Assembly (NCBI GenBank): GCA_963823185.1
Contig: CAWGKP010000008.1
Span: 677,590-741,589, forward strand
DNA length: 64,000 nucleotides
Direction of reading: 5' to 3'
Source of the DNA: an uncultured Acidobacteriota bacterium
GTDB lineage: Bacteria; Acidobacteriota; Thermoanaerobaculia; UBA5066; Gp7-AA6
Part shown: positions 7,933 through 17,094 of the stretch, one piece after another
How positions within the stretch are numbered: position 1 is the stretch's first letter
Layout: each line of letters opens with the position of its first letter
Translations under genes and position numbers: made by a program
The notes under the pieces: model-generated
What the model saw: the letters and a program-made list of their open reading frames with translations, nothing else
What the model was told of the DNA's origin: nothing
Databases searched by the model: none

Positions 7933-10836
7933 TCAGGGTTTCACGTCCACGACGACCGGACGCCACATCTTCACGGGAACTCCGTTCTTCGTGGCCGGCC
8001 GGAATTTCGTCTTCTGCACCGCGTCGACGACCGCCTCGTTGACGCCGCTCTTCGGCGCCACGCCCTGCTGGAGCCTCGCCTCGGCGACGTGTCCGTCTTC
8101 GTCCACGAGGACGAGCACCACGACGCGCCCCGCGCCGATGCCGGCCTGCCTCGCGATCGGCGGATACGTGATCTTCGGTTTGGCGAGGAGCTCCGGCTCG
8201 ACGACCCCGGGCCCGGGGCCCACGAGGTCGCCGCGGTGGACCTCGTTGCTCTCGGCGACCGCCGGCGCGGCACGGGGCGGCGCCGGAACCGCTGTCGGCG
8301 GGGCGGGCGGCTCGGTCGGCTCCTCGGTGGGAACGACCGCAGCGGCGGGCGCCGCCGTCGGAACGACGGGCTCCGCCGTGGGCACGGGCGACGGAACCGT
8401 CTCGACTCCAGAAGGCGCGGCCGCCGGGGCGGCCGCCGTAGCCGCCTGCTTCTTCTCGGCCGCAAGCGCCTTCTGCATCTCTTTCTTCTTCTGGGCCATC
8501 TGGCGCTGGACCTCTTCTTCGACCTTCTTCGCGTCGATCGTGGGCGCGGCGGTCGGCACGACGACGGGCGCCGGAATCGGGGTGGCCGGCGCGGGCGTGG
8601 GCCGGGGGGCGACGGCCGGCGCCGACTTGCGCGTCGTCAACCAGAAGATGCCGGCGCCGAGCAAGAGCACGGCGGCGGCGATCGTCGCGATCAGCGCCGT
8701 CCGGCTCTTCGCCTCGGACTCGATTTGACGCGACGCGTAGGAGCCGAAGACGCCGGGAGCCGTGCCCTGGCGGGGAGGCGCCGCCGCGGCCGCGGGCTTC
8801 TCCGCGTGCGCCGGAGCCGGAGTCGCCGCCTCGGGCGCGGGAGCCTTGGAAACGGTCCCCGTGCGGCGCGCGACCGGCGCCGCCTTGGCGCGCCGCGGCT
8901 TCTGCTCGACCTCGGCTTCGGGCACCGCGCGCGCGGCCTCGCGCGCCCTGGCCTCGGCCACGGCGGACTCTTCCGCCTGGAGCCGGTGGAGGAAGATCGC
9001 GAGGTCGGCGCTGCCCGGCGCGGGCGAGTACGAGTACAGAACCTGCTCGAGGTCGCGCAGCAGATCCGACGCGTTCGCATAGCGGTCCTCGGGCTCCTTC
9101 GCGAGCGCGCGGAGCACGACGGCGTCGAGCGCCTTCGGCACGTCGGGGTTGGCGGCGGAGGGCGGCTCGGCGCTGGCCTTGCGGACGTTCTCGAGAACCG
9201 TCAGGTCCGAGTCGCCGTGGAAGAGCTTCTGCTCCGTCAGCAGCTCGTAGAGGACGCTGCCGAGGGAGAAGAGATCGCTGCGGCGGTCGATCGGCTTTCC
9301 CCACGCCTGCTCGGGGGACATGTACTGGATCTTGCCTTTGAGCGCGCCCGACTCCGTCTGCGAGACCTTGGACGCCGCCTTCGCGATCCCGAAGTCGCAG
9401 AGCTTGATGTCGCCCTCGTACGAAATCAGGATGTTCTGCGGCGAGACGTCGCGGTGCACGATGTGCAGGTCGCGTCCCTCCGCGTCGCGGCGCCGGTGCG
9501 CGTAGTCGAGCGCCGAGGCGACCTTGGACGCGATGTACACCGCGAGCGGCACCGGCAGGGGCGTGCCGAGCTCGCGCGCCGAGTCGAGGATCGCGCGCAG
9601 GTCGCGCCCCTCGACGTGTTCCATCGCGATGAAGTAACCGCCGCCCTCGATCTTTCCGAGGTCGTAGATGTGGACGATGTTCGGGTGATTCAGCTGCGCC
9701 GCGAGCTTGGCCTCGTCGGCGAACATCGTGATGAATCCTTCGTTGTCGGCGAGGTGCGGAAGGATCTTCTTGATCGCGACGATCTTCTGGAAGCCCTCGA
9801 CGCCGCTGCGCCGCGCGCGGTAGAGCTCGGCCATGCCGCCCGACGCGATCCGCTCCAGCATCTCGTACTGCCCGTAGTGGTCGGAAACCGAGACCCCCTC
9901 GCCGGCGGCCGGTGCGGGAGCGGGGGCCGGGGCCGGCGGCGCGGGCGCGGGCTTCGGCGCGGCGGCCGGCGGCGGAGACACCGGCTTCGAGGCAGCCGGA
10001 GGCGGAGGAGGCGGAGGCGCCGCGGGCGGCTTGGCGGCCGACAGCGGCGGCAGGGGCGTCCGATCGGCCGCCGGACGCGGCTTGGGCGGCGTCGGCAGGC
10101 CCGACAGCGTGTCGGAGATCATCCGGTCGATGTCGGCGTCGCCGGCGAACTTCTTGGTAGACGGAGGCGGAGGCGGCGCCGACGGCGCGGGAGTCTTCTC
10201 GGTCGGACGCCCGCCGAGCATTCCGGAGAGCGTCTCGCGCAGCCGCTGCTCGACGTCGCTCGACGGCGCCGCCTTCGCCGGGGCCGGAGGCGGCGTCGCT
10301 GCGGGTTTCGCGGCCGGCGCGACGGGGGCCGGAGGCCTCGCCACTTTCGCCGGCGCGTCGCCCGCGACGTCCTTCAGAACGTCGGCAAAGATGTCGGAGG
10401 CCGTCAGCTCCGGCCCGGACGGCGCCGAGGCCATCGGGATGCGAACGGTCTTCGCACCGACGTCGGTCGCATCGATCGCGGAGCGCACGGCGCTTCGGAG
10501 CGCGTCGTCCGTGAACGGCTTGACGAGGAGGTCGAACGCGCCGACCTTCTGCGCGTCGGCCTTGGGGTTGCTGCCCTTGTAGCCCGTGACCATGAGGAGG
10601 ATCGGCGGTGCCGTCGCGCCGCCCTTCCGGCGGATCTCGCGGATGACCTCTCCCGACGCGAGCCGGGGCAGCATGCCGCCGAGCACGATCGCGTCGTAGT
10701 GCGGCTGCGACGAGAAGGCCGCGAGCCCCTCCTCGCCGTCCCGCGCCACGGAGACCTGGTACTCCGCAGACAAGAGTCCCTGCAGCCGTTCCACGGAGCG
10801 CGGCTCATAGTCGATGAGAAGGACCCGTTTGGCCAT
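7933..10836 (-). CDS. multidomain Ser/Thr protein kinase: pseudo-receiver + Hanks kinase + TM + TonB C-terminal domain
   Basis: 967 aa. The N-terminus is CheY-like but lacks the acceptor Asp. Kinase motifs are GGMAELY, VAIKK, HRDVSPQN, DFG and SPEQ. One hydrophobic helix (TALIATIAAAVLLLGAGIFWLTT) is followed by a Pro-rich spacer and a TonB_C-like end (ITYPPIARQAGIGAGRVVVLVLVDEDGHV...KNGVPVKMW). Confidence 0.85.
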   Translation of the reverse strand: MAKRVLLIDYEPRSVERLQGLLSAEYQVSVARDGEEGLAAFSSQPHYDAIVLGGMLPRLASGEVIREIRRKGGATAPPILLMVTGYKGSNPKADAQKVGAFDLLVKPFTDDALRSAVRSAIDATDVGAKTVRIPMASAPSGPELTASDIFADVLKDVAGDAPAKVARPPAPVAPAAKPAATPPPAPAKAAPSSDVEQRLRETLSGMLGGRPTEKTPAPSAPPPPPSTKKFAGDADIDRMISDTLSGLPTPPKPRPAADRTPLPPLSAAKPPAAPPPPPPPAASKPVSPPPAAAPKPAPAPPAPAPAPAPAAGEGVSVSDHYGQYEMLERIASGGMAELYRARRSGVEGFQKIVAIKKILPHLADNEGFITMFADEAKLAAQLNHPNIVHIYDLGKIEGGGYFIAMEHVEGRDLRAILDSARELGTPLPVPLAVYIASKVASALDYAHRRRDAEGRDLHIVHRDVSPQNILISYEGDIKLCDFGIAKAASKVSQTESGALKGKIQYMSPEQAWGKPIDRRSDLFSLGSVLYELLTEQKLFHGDSDLTVLENVRKASAEPPSAANPDVPKALDAVVLRALAKEPEDRYANASDLLRDLEQVLYSYSPAPGSADLAIFLHRLQAEESAVAEARAREAARAVPEAEVEQKPRRAKAAPVARRTGTVSKAPAPEAATPAPAHAEKPAAAAAPPRQGTAPGVFGSYASRQIESEAKSRTALIATIAAAVLLLGAGIFWLTTRKSAPAVAPRPTPAPATPIPAPVVVPTAAPTIDAKKVEEEVQRQMAQKKKEMQKALAAEKKQAATAAAPAAAPSGVETVPSPVPTAEPVVPTAAPAAAVVPTEEPTEPPAPPTAVPAPPRAAPAVAESNEVHRGDLVGPGPGVVEPELLAKPKITYPPIARQAGIGAGRVVVLVLVDEDGHVAEARLQQGVAPKSGVNEAVVDAVQKTKFRPATKNGVPVKMWRPVVVDVKP

Positions 10837-10992
10837 CTGCGAAGTGTCGATTTGCTGGAAAGTTCGTTGTCATGATACAGGACAATCGCTCGACTGTCAG
10901 GTCCGGCGCTCTCTTTCCGCCCGAAGCGCCGCGCGATCGAGCGGGCCGCCCGCACATATAATCCCCGCCGAAAAAGACGAACGGAGTCTCCG

Positions 10993-11724
10993 ATGTCGGG
11001 TCATAGCAAGTGGGCAACGATCAAGCACAAGAAGGGCGCCGCCGACGCCAAGCGCGGGCGCCTCTTCACCAAGCTCATCAAGGAAATCACCATGGCGGCG
11101 CGGCTCGGGGGCGGCGATCCGGGAGGCAATCCGCGCCTGCGCAAGGCGGTGGACGACGCGAAGGCCGTCAACATGCCGGCCGACAACATCAAGCGCGCGA
11201 TCCAGCGCGGCACGGGCGAGCTGCCCGGCGTCACCTACGAGGAAATCACGTTCGAGGGATACGGCCCGGGCGGCACCGCCGTGCTCATCGAGGCGATGAC
11301 GGACAACAAGAACCGCACGCTTCCCGAGATTCGCACCATCTTCTCGAAGAACGGCGGCAACCTCGGCGAGTCGGGCTCGGTCCGATTCCTCTTCCAGAAG
11401 AAGGGCTACATCACCGTCGAGAAGGACAAGGCGACCGAAGATCAGGTCATGGAGGCGGCGATCGAGGCCGGCGCCGACGACGCGCGCGTCGCCGGCGAGG
11501 TGCATGAGATTCTGTGCGCGCCGGAGGTCCTCGCCGAGGTCAAGGCCAAGCTCGAGGCGAAGGGCCTCCCGCTGACCGTCGCCGAAGTGGACATGCTGCC
11601 CACCACCGAGGTCGCGCTCGATCAGCGCAAAGCCGATCAGATGGTGCGCCTCATGGAGGCGCTCGAAGACCATGAAGACGTGCAGCACGTCTGGGCGAAT
11701 TTCGATTTCGAGGAGTCGGCGTAG
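10993..11724 (+). CDS. yebC: YebC/PmpR family DNA-binding transcriptional regulator
   Basis: [32 protein letters not shown] is the hallmark N-terminus; 243 aa. Confidence 0.95.
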   Translation: MSGHSKWATIKHKKGAADAKRGRLFTKLIKEITMAARLGGGDPGGNPRLRKAVDDAKAVNMPADNIKRAIQRGTGELPGVTYEEITFEGYGPGGTAVLIEAMTDNKNRTLPEIRTIFSKNGGNLGESGSVRFLFQKKGYITVEKDKATEDQVMEAAIEAGADDARVAGEVHEILCAPEVLAEVKAKLEAKGLPLTVAEVDMLPTTEVALDQRKADQMVRLMEALEDHEDVQHVWANFDFEESA

Positions 11725-11857
11725 TCGGGACCCCGTCGCGGCCGCCGCCGCTCCCATCGAACGAGTCTCGTCCGTGTGCTCGTTGCGCACTCGGCTCCGG
11801 GCTGAAAACTCTCGGACGCCGTTCGCGTAGCGAACGCCTGCGGCCGAAAGCCAGCTC

Positions 11858-12337
11858 GTGAGAATCCTCGGCCTCGATCCCGGCACGGCGGCGACGGGCT
11901 ACGGCGTGGTCCTCTTCGAGGCGGGAAGCCTGCATCTCGAGCGGTGCGGCGTGTGGCGTCCTCCCGCGGGCGCCGGGCTGCCCGAGAAGCTCCAGATGCT
12001 CTTCGGCGCGGCCCGAGCGCTCATGGCCGAATGCCGCCCGGCGGCCGTGTCGGTCGAGACGGTGTTCGCGGCCAAGAACATCGCCTCGACGCTCAAGCTC
12101 GCCCACGCCCGCGGCGTGCTCCTCGCGGCCGCCGCCGAGAACGGCCTTCCGGTGTTCGAGTACGAGCCCCGGCTGGTGAAGAAGGCCCTCGTCGGATACG
12201 GGCAGGCCGAGAAAACGCAGGTCCGGGCGATGGTCCTGTCGCTGCTCGCCCGGCAGAGATCGCGGATCCCGCTCGACGCGGCCGACGCTCTGGCCGTCGC
12301 CATCTGCCACGTCCACGCCTCTCCCGCCGTCCGCTAG
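11858..12337 (+). CDS. ruvC: crossover junction endodeoxyribonuclease RuvC
   Basis: RILGLDPGTAATGYGVV, VETVFAAKN, and the yebC-ruvC synteny; GTG start. Confidence 0.93.
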   Translation: MRILGLDPGTAATGYGVVLFEAGSLHLERCGVWRPPAGAGLPEKLQMLFGAARALMAECRPAAVSVETVFAAKNIASTLKLAHARGVLLAAAAENGLPVFEYEPRLVKKALVGYGQAEKTQVRAMVLSLLARQRSRIPLDAADALAVAICHVHASPAVR

Positions 12338-12391
12338 GAGACCGGCGTCCGGGGCCGCCGGCCCCTTCCTTGCTATCATTCACGCCAAGGC

Positions 12392-13228
12392 ATGTCGTTT
12401 CAGGGATCCATCCAGGAGCTTCCGGTCCCCGACATCATTCAGCTCGTCTCGGTCTCGGGCAAAACCGGAATGTTCACACTCGTGCGCGGCGCCGAGCGGG
12501 GATTCATCTATCTGAAGAATGGACAGATGATCCACGCCAAGGTCGGCGAGATGACGGGCGAGGAGGCGGTCTACGCCCTCGCCATCTGGTCCACCGGCGA
12601 GTTCCAGTTCACGCAGGGCGAGGAGCCCGACACCACCACGATCGACAAGCCCAATACGAGCCTGCTCATGGAGTCGGCCCGGCGGCTGGACGAGTGGAAG
12701 GTCCTGTCGCGCAAGATCCCCGGGCTCGACTACGTTCCCGTTCTCCAGCCCCGCAATCTCGCCGAGCCGGTCACGCTCTCGCCGCCCGAGTGGAACCTCG
12801 TCATCCACATCGACGGCAAGCGGTCACTCGAGGATCTCTCGCGCGCGATGGGCTCGTCTTCGTTCGACACCGCGAAGGTTCTCTACGGGCTCATCACGGC
12901 GGGACTCGCGGAGATGCGTTCGAAGGAGACCGCGCGCCCGACCTCGGCGCCGGCGCCCGCCGCGATGCTGGGCGACGAGAAGAAGATCCTGATGATTCTC
13001 TGTACACGCGTGAAGCAGGAGGCGGAAGTGGCGCTCGGAGAGTCGAACCTGCCGAACCTCGAGCGGCCCTACCGGCAGGCGCTCTCGGAGATCGACCAGG
13101 GCCGGGGCGTCGAGGCGGTGCGGGACCTGATCCGGCAGACCGAGAAGGCGATCTCCGCCCTGCGCGGGCCCGCGCGGGTCAAGGCCTTCCAGGACAAGAT
13201 GTCCCTGGTGATGCAGCCAAAAGTTTAG
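12392..13228 (+). CDS. DUF4388 (PATAN-like) domain protein
   Basis: The N-terminal pattern GSIQELPVPDIIQLVSVSGKTGMFTL...IYLKNGQMIHA...GEEAVYALAIWSTGEFQF matches my memory of DUF4388. The C-terminal half is unassigned. Confidence 0.6.
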   Translation: MSFQGSIQELPVPDIIQLVSVSGKTGMFTLVRGAERGFIYLKNGQMIHAKVGEMTGEEAVYALAIWSTGEFQFTQGEEPDTTTIDKPNTSLLMESARRLDEWKVLSRKIPGLDYVPVLQPRNLAEPVTLSPPEWNLVIHIDGKRSLEDLSRAMGSSSFDTAKVLYGLITAGLAEMRSKETARPTSAPAPAAMLGDEKKILMILCTRVKQEAEVALGESNLPNLERPYRQALSEIDQGRGVEAVRDLIRQTEKAISALRGPARVKAFQDKMSLVMQPKV

Positions 13229-13261
13229 GTTCGCTTCGCGAACGCCGCTCGCTTCCGTCGC

Positions 13262-13440
13262 CTTCGCTCGCTCGGGGCCTGCTTCGCACCGTCGGGTCGC
13301 TCGTCCAAAGGGACTCGACGACCCGCCTGGCCCCTTCGCAGCGCTCCGGCTCCCGCGGCGCGCGGCCTCCTCCCTCGGTTTACTTCGGGAGCTGCCGCGC
13401 GCCGCGAACGATCAGGCCATTCCGGCGGATGTCTTGCGCT
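13262..13440 (+). repeat. partial copy (one arm) of the long imperfect-palindrome repeat family seen at 48.15-48.98 kb
   Basis: The stretch caccgtcgggtcgctcgtccaaagggactcgacgacccgcctggccccttcgcagcgctccggctcccgcggcgcgcggcctcctccctcggtttacttcgggag aligns by eye with the reverse complement of 48386-48530. Relative to flanking transcription, its orientation matches the two copies at 48 kb. Confidence 0.6.
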
Positions 13441-13541
13441 CAGTCCGGGGAGGGGGAACGCTCCAAACCCCAAAAAACCGAGGAAAATCGACTGCTCAGC
13501 CTTTGACCAGCCCCCTAAGGGCCTGAGATAGATAAAGTTGT

Positions 13542-13570
13542 TTGGCATTAGGCCATTTTTGACTTATTCT
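13542..13570 (+). promoter_or_regulatory. candidate sigma70-type promoter for the OmpA-family gene
   Basis: TTGGCA-N17-TATTCT in an AT-rich patch about 40 nt upstream of the ATG at 13610. AAAGGAG lies 6 nt before the start. Confidence 0.45.
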
Positions 13571-13609
13571 ATTAGGCAGTCCCTGGTCGTCCAATCGAAA
13601 GGAGATTGC

Positions 13610-14989
13610 ATGAAGGCAAAGCGGACCGCGCTCCTCGTGGTGCTGGCGTGCCTGATCGGCGCCGCGGCACCCGCGCAGGTCGCCTTGAACAATCAGGGCG
13701 ACGTCGGCCTGTTCACGATCCCGACGGCCGACCAGCCGCTGCCCGGACACTTCACGCTTGGCGCCTATGGATGGCTCGATCAGATGGTTGCCGGAAACCT
13801 CCCTGGAAACGACACGCTCTTCCGCGACCGCACCTACCGCCACGCTGCCGGCGCGTTCTCGCTCGGCTTCGGCTTCAACAAGTACTGGTCGATCTTCGCG
13901 AGCTTCGGCGGCGAGAACTACCACAGTCGCGGCGGCTGGCAGGGCGGCGCCATCAACGGCACGCTCCTTCCGGCGCCCTTCTCCTCCAACGAGGCGATGA
14001 AGGTCCGCGTCGGCACGAAGGTCACGTTGTATTCGGAGAACGACGCGAACTTCCGCGTCGGCCTCTGGCTCGCCGCCCACGCTCCGGTCAACAACGCGAC
14101 GCTCGAGATCAACGGCGTCCCGTCGGACGAGCAGATCAACTCGCGCCGCACCGACTGGGAGTGGGGCGGCGTCATCACCAGGGGCATTTTCACGGGTATG
14201 GTGTCGTACACGCTCGCGGGCCATCAGGATTTCGACGTGCGCCCGGCCAACCAGCTGCGGTTTGCCGCCGGCGTGGACCTGCCGCTGGCGGGACTGCCGA
14301 TTCACATCATCAGCGAGATCGACCGCACGATCTACGACGGCGGCGACTTTCCCGAGCCCGACCAGTCCCTCCTGAATGCCGGCGCCCGCTTCTGGCTCGG
14401 CGATTCCGGCGTCGCGGTCTCCGGCGCGTTCAACGTCAACATGGATCTCCTCTTCAAGCACGGCAACAACCCGACGCCCTTCGGTGGAATCCTCGGCATC
14501 ACCTACGCCGCGTGGCCGCCGCCTCCGCCGCCGCCGGTGGTCGTGCCGCCCCCGGCCCCAGCGACTCCGGTGGTCGTCGAGGAGTCGAAGGCCGCGCCGG
14601 CCCCGGCGCCCGCGCCTCCCCCGCCGGCCGCTCCCAAGAAGACGACCGACGAGATCTTCTTCGACGCCGGCAGCGCCCGTCTGACCAACATCGCCAAGGC
14701 CATGCTCGACGGCATCGCCCTGCGCATGAAGAACGACCTCAACTCGACGGCCGTCATCACCGGCTATACCGACAACTCGGGCAAGAAGGAGGACGCCAAC
14801 GTGGCCATATCCGCCAAGCGGGCGGAGGCCGCCAAGGAGTACCTCGTCACCCGGCACGGGATCGACCCCAACCGGATCAGCACGGCCGCCAAGGGCTCCT
14901 CGGAGGCGGGTTACGACAACGCGACGCCGGAGGGACGGGCCAAGAACCGCCGGGCCGTAATTGTGGTAACACTCGTCTCTGGAGCGTGA
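13610..14989 (+). CDS. OmpA-family outer-membrane protein (N-terminal barrel-like domain, Pro-rich linker, OmpA_C peptidoglycan-binding domain)
   Basis: Signal peptide MKAKRTALLVVLACLIGAAAPAQV, a PPPPPPVVVPPPAP linker, and a C-terminal GYTDNSG...ISAKRAEAAKEYL...GRAKNRRAVIV. The track ORF start 13538 is replaced by the ATG at 13610, which has an RBS. Confidence 0.85.
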   Translation: MKAKRTALLVVLACLIGAAAPAQVALNNQGDVGLFTIPTADQPLPGHFTLGAYGWLDQMVAGNLPGNDTLFRDRTYRHAAGAFSLGFGFNKYWSIFASFGGENYHSRGGWQGGAINGTLLPAPFSSNEAMKVRVGTKVTLYSENDANFRVGLWLAAHAPVNNATLEINGVPSDEQINSRRTDWEWGGVITRGIFTGMVSYTLAGHQDFDVRPANQLRFAAGVDLPLAGLPIHIISEIDRTIYDGGDFPEPDQSLLNAGARFWLGDSGVAVSGAFNVNMDLLFKHGNNPTPFGGILGITYAAWPPPPPPPVVVPPPAPATPVVVEESKAAPAPAPAPPPPAAPKKTTDEIFFDAGSARLTNIAKAMLDGIALRMKNDLNSTAVITGYTDNSGKKEDANVAISAKRAEAAKEYLVTRHGIDPNRISTAAKGSSEAGYDNATPEGRAKNRRAVIVVTLVSGA

Positions 14990-16137
14990 GTAAACCCGAC
15001 CCGTCGCACGACACCGAGCCCCCTCCCGCGGAGGGGGCTTTTTTGACTCCGGCCCCGAAACCGGCCGGAAGCCCGGCCTCGGGTCCGCGCTCGACCGGCG
15101 TGGCGATCCTTTCGGCCGCGGCGATCATCGCGCTGCTCTACTTCGGGCGAAACCTCTTCGTCGTCGTTTCGTTCGCGCTCTTCCTCGCCTTCGCGCTGCG
15201 GCCGTTCGTTTCGCTCCTCGAGCGGGCGCGCGTGCCCCGCATCGCGGCGATCCTCATGCTCCTCTTCGTGCTGATCGGGGCGATCGTCCTCCTCGTGATC
15301 AACGTCACCGCGCAGCTGAACCTCTTCTACAGCGACCTGCCGAAATACCAGTCGCGGATCCGCGAGCTCCTGACGAATGTCATGGCGTTCATCAACACGC
15401 TGCGCGAACGGATGGGCAACATCCTGCCGGCCGACCAGCGCGGCGTCCGCGAGGTCAAGATCAGCGAGTCGCCCCTCGACACGACGCGCGCGCTGTTCGC
15501 GCAGATCGGGGACGTGATCCAGTTCGTCCTCTACGCCGCCGCCGTGCCGTTCCTGACGCTCTTCATGCTGAAGGACCGCGAAAAGTTCGCGCGCGTCATC
15601 GAAGGCCTCCTGACGCGCAGCCCGCGCTATGGACGCGCGCACGTGACCGGAGCCATCTCGCGCGCGATGACCGCCTATGCCCTGGGACTCTCGTTCGTGA
15701 TGCTCATCATGGCGGCGGCCACGACGATCGCCCTCATGGTGCTGCAGCTCAACTACTACTACATCCTCGGACCGATCGCGGGCCTCGCGATCCTGCTCCC
15801 CTACGTCGGCGTGATCTTCTCGACCGTGCCCGCCATCGCGATCGCCTACTTTCAGTACGACGGCCGCAAGGCGCTCGCGGTCTTCGCCGTCTACTCGCTC
15901 CTGCAGTTCCTGGAGGGCAACGTCCTGACGCCCCTCATCGTGGGCGGGCGCGTGCGCCTCTTCCCCCTGACCGTCATGGTCGCGTTCATCTTCTGGGGGC
16001 TGCTCTGGGGCATCCCCGGCGCGATCCTCGCGGTCCCGCTGACCTCCGCCCTGAAGGTCGTCTGCGAGAACGTCGCGGGCTGGGAGGGGTTCGCCCGATT
16101 GCTGGGCGAGCCGGACCCGCCGCCCGAAGCCGTCTAG
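14986..16137 (+). CDS. AI-2E family transporter (PerM-like permease)
   Basis: Polytopic protein with the typical C-terminal LQFLEGNVLTPLIVGGRVRLFPL...GIPGAILAVPL. The GTG at 14986 overlaps the OmpA-family stop (GTGA). The track ORF 13606..16137 is over-extended. Confidence 0.75.
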   Translation: MSKPDPSHDTEPPPAEGAFLTPAPKPAGSPASGPRSTGVAILSAAAIIALLYFGRNLFVVVSFALFLAFALRPFVSLLERARVPRIAAILMLLFVLIGAIVLLVINVTAQLNLFYSDLPKYQSRIRELLTNVMAFINTLRERMGNILPADQRGVREVKISESPLDTTRALFAQIGDVIQFVLYAAAVPFLTLFMLKDREKFARVIEGLLTRSPRYGRAHVTGAISRAMTAYALGLSFVMLIMAAATTIALMVLQLNYYYILGPIAGLAILLPYVGVIFSTVPAIAIAYFQYDGRKALAVFAVYSLLQFLEGNVLTPLIVGGRVRLFPLTVMVAFIFWGLLWGIPGAILAVPLTSALKVVCENVAGWEGFARLLGEPDPPPEAV

Positions 16138-16145
16138 TTCCCGGC

Positions 16146-17018
16146 TCAGTCGCGGGGGCCGAGCGAGAGCACGCTGCCGACGAACCCCGCCACGAGGCCC
16201 GCGAGCGGCACGAGAAGCGCCGTCGGCGCGTCCAGGAACCGCACCCACAGCACCGCCAGAACGGGATGCGGCTCATGCGCGAGCCAGGACGCGGCGGCGC
16301 GGTACGTCGCGTAGAGGAGGAGCAGCGCGACCCCGCCGCCGGCGAGCCCTTCGGCCGACGCGTACAGCCAGAAAGGCGCGCGGATCGCCGCCTCGGTCGC
16401 GCCCATGAGGCGCATGATCTCGATCTCCTCGCGGTGCAGGTCGAGCGCGAGCCGGACCGCCGACGCGACCGAGAGGACCGCCGCGATCGAGAGAACGGCC
16501 CCGAGGAAGATGCCGGCTCCGCGGAGGAGCTTCACGGCGTCGTGGAAGCGCCGGCCGAAGTCCTCCTCCGACTCGGCCGAATCCACGCCCGGCAGCGCGC
16601 GCGCCGCGGCCGCGATCGCGCGTCCCGAGCCGGCGGGGGCCGAGGCCGCGAGCATGACCTCGAGCGACGGCGGAAACGGGGCCTCTTCGAGCCCCGAGAT
16701 GGCCGCGGCCAGATCCGGGTACGCGCTCCGGAAGCGCTCGAGAGCGGCGGCGCTCGACACGATGCGCACTTTCGCGATGCGGCGGTCGGTCGCGAGGCGC
16801 TCCGCGACGGCATGCGCGTCGGCCGCCGGCGCGAGCGTCACGACGACGCCGACGGGCTCCGCCTCGGAGGCCGCGAGGCGCGCGAGGTTCCGCGAGATGA
16901 GAACGAGCAGCCCCGGAACGTAGAGCGCCAGCGCGATCAACAGGACGGCCATGGCCGTCTGCCGGCGGCCGCTCCGCGCGATGGAGAGCGCCTCTCCGAC
17001 GACGTAGCGAGGTTTCAT
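16146..17018 (-). CDS. ftsX: cell division permease-like protein FtsX
   Basis: 290 aa. The layout is N-terminal TM, periplasmic domain, then three C-terminal TMs (EIEIMRLMGAT motif). It is adjacent to ftsE. Confidence 0.85.
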   Translation of the reverse strand: MKPRYVVGEALSIARSGRRQTAMAVLLIALALYVPGLLVLISRNLARLAASEAEPVGVVVTLAPAADAHAVAERLATDRRIAKVRIVSSAAALERFRSAYPDLAAAISGLEEAPFPPSLEVMLAASAPAGSGRAIAAAARALPGVDSAESEEDFGRRFHDAVKLLRGAGIFLGAVLSIAAVLSVASAVRLALDLHREEIEIMRLMGATEAAIRAPFWLYASAEGLAGGGVALLLLYATYRAAASWLAHEPHPVLAVLWVRFLDAPTALLVPLAGLVAGFVGSVLSLGPRD

Positions 17019-17022
17019 GAGA

Positions 17023-17090
17023 AGTTGTCAGTTCTCAGTTTTCAGTTTTCGGTTCCGAAACTGACGACTGATAACCGACAACTGATAACT
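17023..17090 (-). repeat. AT-rich imperfect palindrome filling the ftsE-ftsX intergenic gap
   Basis: agttgtcagttctcagttttcagttttcggtt / ccgaaactgacgactgataaccgacaactgataact. Three TCAGTT-type units face three AACTGA units. GC content is far below the surrounding sequence. Confidence 0.7.
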
Positions 17091-17094
17091 CGTC

